Shown: piece by piece, positions 1 through 9,577 of the stretch
Layout: every line of letters starts with the position of its first letter
How positions within the stretch are numbered: the first letter of the stretch is position 1
Assembly (NCBI GenBank): GCA_963814875.1
Contig: CAWFFJ010000019.1
Span: 67,482-131,481, forward strand
Length of the DNA stretch: 64,000 nt
Direction of reading: 5' to 3'
DNA from: an uncultured Acidobacteriota bacterium
GTDB lineage: Bacteria; Acidobacteriota; Thermoanaerobaculia; Thermoanaerobaculales; Sulfomarinibacteraceae
Made by a program: the position numbers and the translations under genes
Notes under the pieces: generated by a model
What the model was told of the DNA's origin: nothing
The model's input: the letters and a program-made list of their open reading frames with translations, nothing else
Database searches by the model: none

Positions 1-3000
1 GAAACGCACCGGAAGCTCGCCTGGGTTGTCGAGCAGCAGCTCGCGCAGGTTCTCGAGCGTCTCCTCGTCGGTGTCATCGAGGTCGAGGCCGATCCGCACC
101 GCGGTCGCCCGACGGGTCTCGAAGGCAGCGAGGGCGGTGAGCTCCTCGGCGGACAGCTCGACGTGATCACCGTCGCCCTTCAAGGTCGCCTCCACGACGA
201 CAGCCGTGTCGTCTGCGAGCAGCGTACCGGTGCGCTCGAAGAGGTCCGGAAACACGACCACGCGGACGGTGCCGGTCCCGTCCTCGAGCTGGAAGGTCGC
301 CATCTGTCGGCCCTGGTTTCGGCCGTCCCGCTTAATCGACATCGTCTTCAAGGAGGTCACCAGCCCACCCACGGTCGCGCGCTCTGCACCGACGGCGAAG
401 CGCTTCGGAAGGTCAGCCACACTGCAGTCCGTGAGCCGTTCGAGCTGGGCGCCGACACGGTCGAGCGGGTGGCCGCTGAGGTAGAAGCCGAGAACCTCTC
501 GCTCCCATCGCAGACGGTCGGCCGGCTCGGCCTCCGCTGCGCCGCGCAGCTCCCCTTCAAGGTCCTCCGACGGCAGGTCATCGAAAAGGAACCCCTGGCC
601 GAGCTCGCGCTGCTCGCGCTCGCGCGCCGTCAGGTCGACGAAACGGTCGAGGTTCTCCAGGAGCGCCTTGCGCGCCACCCCGAAGGCGTCGAAGCTACCG
701 GCCTTCACCAGACACTCGAGCACCTTCTGATTCACGGCGCGAGCTGGCAGCGAGCGCAGACAGTGAGTCAGCGATTCGAAGGCGCCCTCCCGCTCGCGCG
801 CCTCCACCAGCGGCTCCACTGCCGCCATCCCGACTCCCTTGATAGCGGCGAGGCCGTACCGGATTCCGCCCCCCTCGACTGCGAACGCCACCTGAGAGGT
901 ATTGACGTCGGGGGGCAGGACCGGCAGACCCATCTGCCGGCACTGGCCCAGGTACTGGACCAGCTTGTCGGTGTTCGAGGTCTCGGAGGTCAGCATCGAC
1001 GCCATGAAGTGCGCCTGAAAGTGCGCCTTGAGGTAGGCGGTCAGGTAGGCGACGTGAGCGTAGGCAACCGAGTGCGACTTATTGAAGCCGTACTTTGCGA
1101 AGGGCACGATCTGGTCCCACAGCCGCTGCACCTTGTGCTCGGGGAATCCCTTGGCGATCGCTCCCTTGATGAAGTTCTCACCTTCCCGGTCGATGATCTC
1201 CTGCTTCTTCTTGCCCATCGCCTTGCGCAGGGTGTCGGCCTTGGCCATCGAAAAGCCGGCGACCCTCACCGCGATCCGCATCACCTGCTCCTGGTACACG
1301 ATGATCCCGTAGGTCTCGGCGAGGATCTCCTCGACATCGGGCAGGATGTAGGTGATCGGCTTGCGCCCGTGCTTGCGCTCGGAGTAGTCGTCGATGAACT
1401 GCATCGGCCCCGGCCGGTAGAGCGCGTTGAGGGCGGCCAGCTCCGGAAAGGCCCGCGGCTGCACTTTGCGCAGGACGTCCTTCATCCCCGACGACTCGAA
1501 CTGGAACACGCCGTCGGTCGCCCCGGCCGAGAACAGATCGTAGACCGCGCTGTCGTCGAGGGGCACCTCGGCCAGATCGAACTCGGGATCCTCGAGAGCA
1601 CGGATCGAGGCCACGGCATCGGCGATCACCGTCAACGTCCGCAGGCCGAGGAAATCCATCTTGAGGAGGCCGAGCATCTCGACATCGTCCTTGTCGAACT
1701 GGGTTGCGACCTCACCATGCGAGGTTCGCGTGAGCGGCACGAGGTTGACCAGCGGCTCGGGAGCGATCACGACCCCGGCCGCATGGACGCCGCAGTGCCG
1801 CGCGAGGCCCTCCAGCCGCGCCGCCGTATCGACCAGCTGCGCGACGTCGTCGTCACCGTCACGCAGCTCCCTGAGCTGGGCGGAGTCCCTGAGCGCCTGC
1901 TCGACGGTGACGTTGAGGTCGTCCGGGAGCAGCTTCGCGATGCGGTCGACATCCGCGAACGACATCCCCATTACCCGACCCACGTCTCGCACCGCCGAGC
2001 GGGCCTTGAGGATGTTGAAGGTCGCGATCTGGCACACCGAGTCGTTGCCGTAGAGTCGCCGGACGTAGGCGATCACCTCGTCGCGACGCCGCTGGCAGAA
2101 GTCGATGTCGATGTCGGGCATCGAGATCCGCTCGGGGTTGAGGAAGCGCTCGAAAAGTAGGTCGTACTCGAGCGGGTCGATGTCTGTGATGCCGAGCGCC
2201 CACGACGCGACCGAACCCGCAGCCGAGCCGCGCCCCGGCCCGACCGGGATGCCCTGCTCGCGGGCGTAGCGGATGAAGTCCCAGACCACCAGAAAGTAGC
2301 CCGGAAAACCCATGTGCTCGATGATCTCCAGCTCCTGTACGAGACGAGCACGGTAGTCGTCCGGCGGGTGGCGGCGCGGCCGTCCAGTGGCCAGGTGCCG
2401 CTCGAGCCCGGCCGCCGCGACCTCCGACAGGAACGAGCCGAGGGTGTGACCGCCGGACACCGGGTACTGCGGAAGGTGCAGCGTCGAGGTGTCGAACAGC
2501 ACGTGACACCTGGCGGCGATCTCGGCGGTCCGCTCGCAGGCGCCGGGGTAGTCCGCGAACAGCGCGTACATCTCCTCCGGCGACTTGACGTAGAACTCGG
2601 CGTTGTAGCCGTACGACCGCTGCAGGTCCTCGAGCGTCCGGTTGAGGCCGATGCCGAGCAGCACCCGGTGGGCAAAGGTGTCCTCACGCCGGTGAAAATG
2701 ACAGTCGTTGGTGGCCACCAGGGGAATCGCGGTCTGGCGGGCGACCTCGACCACTCCCTCGCGCACGAAGGCCTCGTCGGCAGTGTCGTGGTCCTGGATC
2801 TCGAGAAAGAAGCTGTCCCGGCCGAGGATCTCTCGCAGCTCCTCGGCGCTGCGGCGCGCACCGTCCGGGTCGCGTTCCAGCAGATGCGAGGCGACCTCGC
2901 CCGACAGGCACGCCGACAGGCCGATGAGCCCCTCATGGTGCTCGGCCAGGAGGGCCTTCGAGATCCTCGGCTTGTGGTAGAAGCCCTCGAGGTAGGCGTC

Positions 3001-3345
3001 GCTCACCAGACGAACCAGGTTGCGGTAGCCGGTGTTGTTCTCCGCCAACAGCACGAGATGGGAGTACGGCTTGCGTCGCCCCGGCGTCGGAGATCGGTCG
3101 CGGTGGTCGCCCGGCGCCACGTAGACCTCGCACCCGATGACCGGCCGGATGCCCTCCTTCAGCGCCGCACGGTGGAACTGAAACGCCCCGAAGAGGTTGC
3201 CGTGGTCGGTCACCGCAACCGCCGACATCCCCATTGCGGCCACCTGTCGCGTCAGCTCGGGGATGCCGATAGAGGCGTCGAGCAGCGAGTAGTGGGTGTG
3301 GAGGTGGAGGTGGACGAAGGGCCGCATCTCGCCGTGACCGGTCAT
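1..3345 (-). CDS. dnaE: DNA polymerase III alpha subunit, partial (C-terminal end runs off the window)
   Basis: Absent from the ORF track because the frame has no stop inside the window. My translation of the minus strand from ATG 3345-3343 gives MTGHGEMRPFVHLHLHTHYSLLDASIGIPELTRQVAAMGMSAVAVTDHGNLFGAFQFHRAALKEGIRPVIGCEVYVAP..., a PHP-domain DnaE N-terminus. The same frame read at 60..1 is still open (TLENLRELLLDNPGELPVRF). No tracked minus ORF lies in this frame, and the 665-aa plus ORF 163..2160 is its antisense shadow. Confidence 0.9.
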   Translation of the reverse strand, partial: MTGHGEMRPFVHLHLHTHYSLLDASIGIPELTRQVAAMGMSAVAVTDHGNLFGAFQFHRAALKEGIRPVIGCEVYVAPGDHRDRSPTPGRRKPYSHLVLLAENNTGYRNLVRLVSDAYLEGFYHKPRISKALLAEHHEGLIGLSACLSGEVASHLLERDPDGARRSAEELREILGRDSFFLEIQDHDTADEAFVREGVVEVARQTAIPLVATNDCHFHRREDTFAHRVLLGIGLNRTLEDLQRSYGYNAEFYVKSPEEMYALFADYPGACERTAEIAARCHVLFDTSTLHLPQYPVSGGHTLGSFLSEVAAAGLERHLATGRPRRHPPDDYRARLVQELEIIEHMGFPGYFLVVWDFIRYAREQGIPVGPGRGSAAGSVASWALGITDIDPLEYDLLFERFLNPERISMPDIDIDFCQRRRDEVIAYVRRLYGNDSVCQIATFNILKARSAVRDVGRVMGMSFADVDRIAKLLPDDLNVTVEQALRDSAQLRELRDGDDDVAQLVDTAARLEGLARHCGVHAAGVVIAPEPLVNLVPLTRTSHGEVATQFDKDDVEMLGLLKMDFLGLRTLTVIADAVASIRALEDPEFDLAEVPLDDSAVYDLFSAGATDGVFQFESSGMKDVLRKVQPRAFPELAALNALYRPGPMQFIDDYSERKHGRKPITYILPDVEEILAETYGIIVYQEQVMRIAVRVAGFSMAKADTLRKAMGKKKQEIIDREGENFIKGAIAKGFPEHKVQRLWDQIVPFAKYGFNKSHSVAYAHVAYLTAYLKAHFQAHFMASMLTSETSNTDKLVQYLGQCRQMGLPVLPPDVNTSQVAFAVEGGGIRYGLAAIKGVGMAAVEPLVEAREREGAFESLTHCLRSLPARAVNQKVLECLVKAGSFDAFGVARKALLENLDRFVDLTAREREQRELGQGFLFDDLPSEDLEGELRGAAEAEPADRLRWEREVLGFYLSGHPLDRVGAQLERLTDCSVADLPKRFAVGAERATVGGLVTSLKTMSIKRDGRNQGRQMATFQLEDGTGTVRVVVFPDLFERTGTLLADDTAVVVEATLKGDGDHVELSAEELTALAAFETRRATAVRIGLDLDDTDEETLENLRELLLDNPGELPVRF

Positions 3346-3994
3346 GGCTCCATGATAGCCGGGCGCCGGCGCCCAGGGGATCCCGAAGCCGGCAGATGGA
3401 CGGCGAGTCTCGGAGTGCACTCGAGCTGCCGATGCGGCGACAGCGAGGAGCGCGACTCTGGTCACAGCTCGACAACACAAGCAAATCGGGCGTCTCGTCG
3501 CCCGGAAGGAGGTCGATCTCTCCGTAGGTTGAAGCATGCGCTCTCGGCCGCCGCGAGACGGGTCGCCTGCGCTTCAGTATCGCGCAAATGCCGATGAACA
3601 GACCGCGAGGAGTGGGTTCAAGGTTCTGCTTCTGATTGAACGTGGAAGATGTCAAGCCGATTCTCCGCCGCTCGGTGCGCAGGTCGCATTGTCGAGTCGT
3701 CATGGAGAGCGTCGAGCCGGAAGCTCACTGTGAGTCGATGCTCGGCCTCTGCTCCAACCGGAGTTTGTGACGTCGTTCGCGCTGGGAATCCGTCGTGACC
3801 CGGGTCACGAAGGGCTCGATCTTCCGTCAAAATTCGTGCGCGAGGTCACACGACAGGAGGTGGCCCATCCGGCCGCGGGAAGATTGTCGAGGCCGATACA
3901 GAACGCCTCGAGTTTCGGCTCCAAAATTCACCTCGAAAGCCTGCGAAAAGCGCTTGACATTGCTCTTCGAATCATGCATCTTTCTTCCCGAGGT

Positions 3995-4330
3995 ATGAAG
4001 AAGCTGTCGTTTCTGAAGACGCGTCCCTCCGCCCCGGGCAATCGCTCGGAGGATGCAATTCGCGTCTACCGGAGACACGCCGCTCGGGCAATCTCGGAGG
4101 AGCGCTGGCCCGCAGCCGAGATCTTCTTCGACCGGATTCTGGAGCTCGTTCCGGGTCACACGGAGGCCTGGCTCATGAAGGGCTGGCTGCGCGAGCACTG
4201 TCATCACGACGAGGAGTCCGCCTTGACGTGCTACCGCAAGGTGATCACTCTGGGCGGCTATGATGGGGAAAACCCGCACGTGCAACGGGCGCGACAGTCT
4301 CTCGGCCGCCTGCTGGCCACTCTCGGCTGA
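3995..4330 (+). CDS. small TPR-like protein (hypothetical)
   Basis: Tail of ORF 3767..4330. MKKLSFLKTRPSAPG... is followed by a TPR-like helix pair (AEIFFDRILELVPGHTEAWLMKGWL...ALTCYRKVITLG). The start is uncertain (ATG 3974 or 3995). It lies in a locally lower-GC stretch. Confidence 0.4.
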   Translation: MKKLSFLKTRPSAPGNRSEDAIRVYRRHAARAISEERWPAAEIFFDRILELVPGHTEAWLMKGWLREHCHHDEESALTCYRKVITLGGYDGENPHVQRARQSLGRLLATLG

Positions 4331-4574
4331 GTTCCGAGTTCTTGCTCTCCCCACTCCTGCGGCTACCCTCTACCCTGAGTTTCACCCCCCAAAGAACAAT
4401 GGAGTGCGGTGCGGCCTTGATCGCACCGACCGCTCCCCGCGCGCACGCGATTCCCGTGTTTGCGAGCCTCATGACCAGATGAGCGAAGCTCATCATAAGC
4501 AGCGCACACTGCAGAGTCCCCTCATCCGCCGCCGCCCTCGTGACCGCCTCGATGGGGCTCTGCAGTGCGCGCTG

Positions 4575-5552
4575 CTAGGGTTGGCCCTCGACCAGCTCGA
4601 CGCCGGCCGGAGCCGCTTCTCCGGATGCCTCCAGCACGGCACCCTCGACCGCCCCCGGGTAGAGCCACATGGTCTGGCCGTCGAGGGTGACCACTGGAAC
4701 ATCCTGAATGCCGGCGCCCACCGTCGCGGTTCCATCGCCGAGCCCGATCCTCTGCGGTGTGGGTCCGGCGGTCAGGTCGATCCACAGGTAGCCCTGCAAG
4801 CGCCGCTCGAGGGTACAGGCCCACAATCCCTCACCGACCGCTTCGAAGCAACCTGACGGTATTCGGATTGGATCGCTGAAGACGGAGTGGACCACCGGAC
4901 TCGGGTGGACGACCGGCCGAGGGTAGGTCCACGGGTGATCCGGCGGCTGCCCCCATATCCACGGCTCGCTCCAACCATCCTTCGGGTACACCGAAGGACC
5001 CTCGCCCCAGGTCGTCAGCACACGCCAGCGAGGGCCCGACACCAAGCAGCTGCGCCCGTTGGGATCGCCGGCGCGGCGGCCCTCCGCACTGGCGCGCAGG
5101 TCGAGGGCGAACAGGACCCCACCGACCGACGTAGGGCTGCGGGCCTCGATCGCGATCAGGTTGTCGCCCGCAACCAGCAGATCGGTGACGTCGACGACGT
5201 CGAGCCGGAACTCGGGACGGTTGTGGCCGGCGACCGCCGGCTGGCCGTTGATCCAGAGCACGTACTGGCGATCGCCGCAGACCTTCGCAACCGCACTCAG
5301 TGGGAGTCTTGCGAGTTTGAGCCGACGGAAGAACAAGCCCGCGGTCGGCACCGGGTCGTGGAGATCATCGGTCGTCCACATCCAGCGCGCATCGCCGGTG
5401 AAGTGGTGCAGCTCGCGTCGGTAGAAACCGTTCAGGAGAAGAAAGAGCAGCAGCGCAGCGGCTGCCGCCGCCGCGACTCGGGCGTGCCAGCTCCAGACCG
5501 CCCGACGGAAGTGCGAGAGGATAGCCGCAAATGGCGTCCACGTCCGGCCCAT
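4575..5552 (-). CDS. membrane-anchored hypothetical protein with a galactose-binding-like (rhamnosidase-N-like) beta domain
   Basis: ORF 4575..5756 trimmed to the internal ATG at 5552 (MGRTWTPFAAILSHF...), which lies 8 nt after the stop of the upstream gene. It has an N-terminal TM helix (AAAAAAALLLFLLLNGF). The segment CGDRQYVLWINGQPAVAGHN...VDVTDLLVAGDNLIAIEA resembles sugar-binding jelly-roll domains. Confidence 0.55.
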   Translation of the reverse strand: MGRTWTPFAAILSHFRRAVWSWHARVAAAAAAALLLFLLLNGFYRRELHHFTGDARWMWTTDDLHDPVPTAGLFFRRLKLARLPLSAVAKVCGDRQYVLWINGQPAVAGHNRPEFRLDVVDVTDLLVAGDNLIAIEARSPTSVGGVLFALDLRASAEGRRAGDPNGRSCLVSGPRWRVLTTWGEGPSVYPKDGWSEPWIWGQPPDHPWTYPRPVVHPSPVVHSVFSDPIRIPSGCFEAVGEGLWACTLERRLQGYLWIDLTAGPTPQRIGLGDGTATVGAGIQDVPVVTLDGQTMWLYPGAVEGAVLEASGEAAPAGVELVEGQP

Positions 5553-5560
5553 CGCCCAAG

Positions 5561-6568
5561 TCAGGCCCGACGGTCGAGCAGCAGCTTCGCCGCCCGGATC
5601 AGAGCCTCGCGTTCGGTCCCTGCCGGCAGCGCCGCTGCGGCTTCGCCGGCGCGTTCGGCGAAGCCTTTGGCGCGCTCCCGAACCGTCTCGAGGACCCCGG
5701 ATGTTCTCACCACCTCGACCAGGTCCGCCTCGTCCTCGGCCGACATCTCGCCGCACGTCGCAGCGCGTTCAGCGATGACACGATGGCGGGCGTCGAGGCG
5801 CGGCAGGAGGAGGATCATGGGAAGCGTGACGCGGCCCTCGCGCAGATCGGCCATCACCGGCTTGCCCATCTCGTGACGCGACGCGCTGTAGTCGAGTAGG
5901 TCGTCGACCAGCTGGAAGCAGATGCCGACGCCGCGCCCGAACTCCAGCAGGCGGTCCACCATGTGATGGGTCGAGGCCTGGAACAACGCCGGCACTGCGC
6001 AGGCGGCGGCGAAGAGCTCCGCCGTCTTGCGCCGCGTGATGTCCATGTAGGTGACCTCATCGATGTCGAGGCGACCCCGGACCCGGTCGGCGAGGATTTC
6101 GCCCTCGGTCATCTGGAGGGTGGCCCACGTGAGCCGCCGCATCACCTCGACGTCGCCGAGCTCGAGACACAGGTCCATTGTGCGGGTGTAGAGCCAGTCG
6201 CCGACCAGAACCGCCGCCTGATCCCCCCAACGGCGGTTGGCCGTGGCACGGCCTCGGCGAAGGTCCGAGCCGTCGATGATGTCGTCGTGGATCAGTGTGG
6301 CGGTGTGGATCAGCTCGACCACCGCACCGTAACGCACGTCGCGCTCTCCAACGTAGCCGAGCATGCGGCTGATCAGCAGCACCAGCGCCGGGCGCAGACG
6401 CTTGCCCCCGCTCCCGAGAACCCAACCCGCGGTCTCACGGACCATCGGCATCGCCGCTTCCATCTCGCGCTCGAGGAAACGCTCCACGTCGGCGAGGCGT
6501 CCGGCGATGGGTCGGAACAGGTCACGCACCTCGCGCGCCTGGCGCAGCGTTACCACCGATGCCTTCAT
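5561..6568 (-). CDS. polyprenyl diphosphate synthase (trans-IPPS, IspB-like; chain length not determinable)
   Basis: Both Asp-rich motifs are present: LIHDDIIDGSDLRRGRATANRRWG and FQLVDDLLD. It is full length at 335 aa. Confidence 0.9.
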   Translation of the reverse strand: MKASVVTLRQAREVRDLFRPIAGRLADVERFLEREMEAAMPMVRETAGWVLGSGGKRLRPALVLLISRMLGYVGERDVRYGAVVELIHTATLIHDDIIDGSDLRRGRATANRRWGDQAAVLVGDWLYTRTMDLCLELGDVEVMRRLTWATLQMTEGEILADRVRGRLDIDEVTYMDITRRKTAELFAAACAVPALFQASTHHMVDRLLEFGRGVGICFQLVDDLLDYSASRHEMGKPVMADLREGRVTLPMILLLPRLDARHRVIAERAATCGEMSAEDEADLVEVVRTSGVLETVRERAKGFAERAGEAAAALPAGTEREALIRAAKLLLDRRA

Positions 6569-6636
6569 CGGCGCAGTCTAACGGGTTTTGCCTCCCACGT
6601 CATGGCTCGCCGAGCCCCGCGCGGAACCGCCCGCGC

Positions 6637-7323
6637 TCACGGCACTGTGTCCGGGTCATCGCTGCTGCAGTTGACCCCGGCCGGTGGCTCGGGCAGCCAG
6701 CAGCCCCCGGGAGGGCCATCGGACGGCCGCCAGTCGTGGAAGTCGAGCCGGTTCCGGGCTCCCTGGACATCGATGACTACAACCCGCGCCGGCATGCCGC
6801 CGGCTCCGACGATGAGCTCGACCTTCGCAACCCCTCCCGGTGTCCGAGGCACCAGCACCACGCCGCCTTCAACCTCGACCAGCGTGAAGCGGTCGACCGT
6901 TCCACGAGGGTCGAGGACCGCCGCAAGCGGGATGCGGGCCCACTCATCGTCGCTGACTCGATGGTCGTCACAGGTGTCGAGCTCGAGGTCGACGAGGCGG
7001 ACGGACCGCCCGTCAAGTGCCATCTCCCGCACCGCGGGCCGGCCGGTGGTGAAACGCGCCCGGTCGGGCCAGGCGATCCACACCTCACCCTGGGCGGTGT
7101 CGCCCAGCGTCATTCCTGCCGGCACGTACTCCTGGTCGTAGGTGGCGTGCCACGCCTCCTGGCCGCGAAGCGTCCGACTGAGCCGTTCGAGCGCCTGGAG
7201 CGGTCCCTGGTCCGCGGCGCCGGCCGCACCGGCCGAGCACAGCAGCACGAGGACCAGAGAGAAGGCGTCAGCTCTCGATGTCGACCGTAGCGACCGCAGA
7301 GGCCACCACGAAAATCCGCTCAT
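6637..7323 (-). CDS. LolA-like lipoprotein-carrier-fold periplasmic protein
   Basis: ORF 6637..7491 trimmed to ATG 7323. It has a signal-like N-terminus (MSGFSWWPLRSLRSTSRADAFSLVLVLLCSAGAAGA). A LolA-like pattern follows (LQALERLSRTLRGQEAWHATYDQEYVPAGM...GEVWIAWPDRARF...DGRSVRLVDLE). The start is uncertain because it would overlap the upstream gene's end. Confidence 0.5.
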   Translation of the reverse strand: MSGFSWWPLRSLRSTSRADAFSLVLVLLCSAGAAGAADQGPLQALERLSRTLRGQEAWHATYDQEYVPAGMTLGDTAQGEVWIAWPDRARFTTGRPAVREMALDGRSVRLVDLELDTCDDHRVSDDEWARIPLAAVLDPRGTVDRFTLVEVEGGVVLVPRTPGGVAKVELIVGAGGMPARVVVIDVQGARNRLDFHDWRPSDGPPGGCWLPEPPAGVNCSSDDPDTVP

Positions 7324-7675
7324 TGTTGCTCTCCACCGCGGTCGGGTAAAGGAAGAACCCGCGGTCCGCCACGGAGTAGTGCTGGACCCGCCCGCGGATG
7401 GTCTCTCCGTCGCTGAACTCGACCCGAGCGAGCGCGCTCTCCGGAGGGACGGACAGGGCCCGCCCGAGCTCCATCTCCGCCTGACGCACACGGGGCTCCT
7501 TGAGGAAGAAGACCGCCTTCAGATCCCACAGGTCGGTGACGATCACCGTACCCTCCTGGGTCTCGAGCTCGATCGCGTCGACCTGGGGTGAAAACCCCTC
7601 AAACAAGGTCCCGCGGACAGTCTTGCCACTGCGGTAACGCAGGACGACGGTCGGGTTCGGCGCTGTGTCAGGCAT
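7268..7675 (-). CDS. hypothetical protein with two internally similar halves
   Basis: 135 aa. The two halves share a pattern: VVLRYRSGKTVRGTL...DLKAVFFL versus ARVEFSDGETIRGRV...RIFVVASAV. An SD-like GAGGTGAG lies upstream. No family is assigned. Confidence 0.5.
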   Translation of the reverse strand: MPDTAPNPTVVLRYRSGKTVRGTLFEGFSPQVDAIELETQEGTVIVTDLWDLKAVFFLKEPRVRQAEMELGRALSVPPESALARVEFSDGETIRGRVQHYSVADRGFFLYPTAVESNNERIFVVASAVATVDIES

Positions 7676-7767
7676 CGCTCACCTCGCGGCGACATCGGTT
7701 GACATGGGGTGGGACCGGCGGCAGCTCGCTTGGTTCCATGCTAGCACGGCAACCCGGACCGCAATCG

Positions 7768-9306
7768 CTAGTGCCGAAAGTGGCGCTGCCGGGTGAAGAC
7801 CATTGCGAGGCCTAGCCTGTCGCAGGTAGCGATCACCTCGGCGTCACGGATTGATCCACCGGGCTGGATGACGGCTCGCACGCCGGCGTCGGCGAGCGCC
7901 TCGACACCGTCGGGGAAGGGGAAAAAGGCGTCCGATGCGGCCACCGAACCGGACAGGTCGTGGCCGAGCTCCGTCCCCTTCGCGACCGCGATCCGGGCGG
8001 CATCGACTCGGCTCATCTGACCGGCTCCGATACCCAGAATGCGGTCCGCCCGGCCGACCACGATCGCGTTGGAGCCGACGTGCTTCACGACCCGCCAGGC
8101 GAGCTCGAGAGCGGCAGCCTCGTCGGGCAGGGGCGCGCGCGCCGTTGCCAGCTCCCGGGCCTCCCGGTCCCACCCGGCATCGGTGGCCTGCACCAGAAAG
8201 CCGCCGTCGATGCTGCGCAGCGTGACCTCGTCGCCGCTCTCTCCGGGGGCCTCGAGCACCCGCAGGTTCTTCTTGCGCGCAAAGATCCCGACCGCACCCT
8301 CGTCATAGCCGGGCGCGACCACAACCTCAGCGAACTGCTCGGAAACCGCCTCGGCAAACCCTCGATCGACAGGACGGTTAGCCGCGATCACGCCACCGAA
8401 CGCCGACACGGGGTCGGTGGCCCGAGCCTTGAGGAACGCGTCGACCATCGCCTCGTCGAGCCCGACGCCGCACGGGTTGGCGTGCTTGATCACGGCGACG
8501 CCCGCTCCCGGAAGGTCCCACACCAGACGCCATGCCCCGCTCGCGTCGCCGAGGTTGTTGTACGACAGCTCCTTGCCCTGGAGTTGGCGGGCTCCAGCCA
8601 GCCCACGCTTCGGGTGACTCGCGACTAGCATGCCCCATTGATGAGGGTTCTCGCCGTAGCGCAGGGAAACCTCCTGCCCCGTCAGCAGGGTTTCCGCAGC
8701 ACGAGCCGCCGGTGAAGGCCGGGCGGCGCCCATCAGGGCCGGAAGGTGGGCGGCGATCGCGGCGTCGTAGCCCGCAGTGTGGCGATAGGCCTTGACGGCC
8801 AGGGCCTGGCGCGTGCCTGTGCTGACCGCTCCGGCCGCTAGCTCGCCGAGCACCGTCTCGTAGTCGTCGGGGTCCACCACGACGGTGACCCGCGCGTTGT
8901 TCTTGGCCGCAGCGCGCAGCAGGCTGGGGCCTCCGATGTCGATCTGCTCGACGCACTCCTCGAGCGTGGCATCGGATCGGGCAACGCTCTGCCGGAACGG
9001 GTAGAGATTGACGACGACAAGATCGATCTCGGGCACGCCGGCCGTGACGAGCTGGGCTCGGTGGTCCGCGGTGGGAGCCGCGAGGATGCCGGCGAAGACC
9101 TTCGGGTGCAGTGTCTTCACTCGACCGTCGAGGATCTCGGGCGACCCGGTGTGCTCGCTCACCTCGACCACCGGACAGCCGAGCTCGCGCAGCGCGCGGG
9201 CGGTGCCCCCGGTCGACAGCAGTGTCCAGCCGGACGCGACCAGGACCGGGCCGAGGCGGTCCAGCCCACGTTTGTCCGAGACCGAGATGAGCGCAATCCT
9301 GGCCAT
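7768..9306 (-). CDS. purH: bifunctional AICAR transformylase / IMP cyclohydrolase
   Basis: ORF 7768..9411 trimmed to ATG 9306, which is preceded by GGGGAGGAG. The N-terminus is [18 protein letters not shown]... The MGS-like and AICARFT domains are recognisable through to the C-terminal ...FTRQRHFRH. Confidence 0.95.
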   Translation of the reverse strand: MARIALISVSDKRGLDRLGPVLVASGWTLLSTGGTARALRELGCPVVEVSEHTGSPEILDGRVKTLHPKVFAGILAAPTADHRAQLVTAGVPEIDLVVVNLYPFRQSVARSDATLEECVEQIDIGGPSLLRAAAKNNARVTVVVDPDDYETVLGELAAGAVSTGTRQALAVKAYRHTAGYDAAIAAHLPALMGAARPSPAARAAETLLTGQEVSLRYGENPHQWGMLVASHPKRGLAGARQLQGKELSYNNLGDASGAWRLVWDLPGAGVAVIKHANPCGVGLDEAMVDAFLKARATDPVSAFGGVIAANRPVDRGFAEAVSEQFAEVVVAPGYDEGAVGIFARKKNLRVLEAPGESGDEVTLRSIDGGFLVQATDAGWDREARELATARAPLPDEAAALELAWRVVKHVGSNAIVVGRADRILGIGAGQMSRVDAARIAVAKGTELGHDLSGSVAASDAFFPFPDGVEALADAGVRAVIQPGGSIRDAEVIATCDRLGLAMVFTRQRHFRH

Positions 9307-9577
9307 GATCTCCTCCCCTTGCCGTCTGCATCGCCTCCCCGCTGGAAGGGACCGACGCCGGTGTTCGCGGTGCCGAGCGACGGGACGCCGGCATTCTACG
9401 GCATCGTTCATGCGCGACTGACGTCTTGCGTCTCGCTTCGAGCGCCTCGCGCCTGTTTGCCCGGCAGGTCACCTGACACTCGACTCGAGCCACGGGCGGA
9501 AACAATCTCCGGCCCTGCAATCGTTCATCCCACGCTCTTCACCACTGTGCGCCCCGCGGGTGAACGGTGCGAGCGCT

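Noticed and set aside
163-2160. A 665-aa plus-strand ORF, and several 60-290-aa ORFs on both strands, across 1-3700.
   Set aside because: They are antisense or out of frame to dnaE. They are Arg/Gly/Pro/Ala-rich with no recognisable motifs. This is the typical shadow-ORF behaviour of very GC-rich DNA.
4509-4565. An inverted repeat, ctgcagagtcccc ... ggggctctgcag, between convergent genes.
   Set aside because: It has a 12-bp stem with a bulge, but a 32-nt loop and no U-tract. That is too weak to call a terminator.
9307-9577. A possible ZTP (pfl) riboswitch in the 270-nt leader region of purH.
   Set aside because: I read the minus-strand leader. I could not find the conserved 5' subdomain followed by a 3' CCGCCUGGGC-type pseudoknot partner. 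The only similar string (ccgcccgtggc) is imperfect and in the wrong order. A covariance-model scan would settle it.
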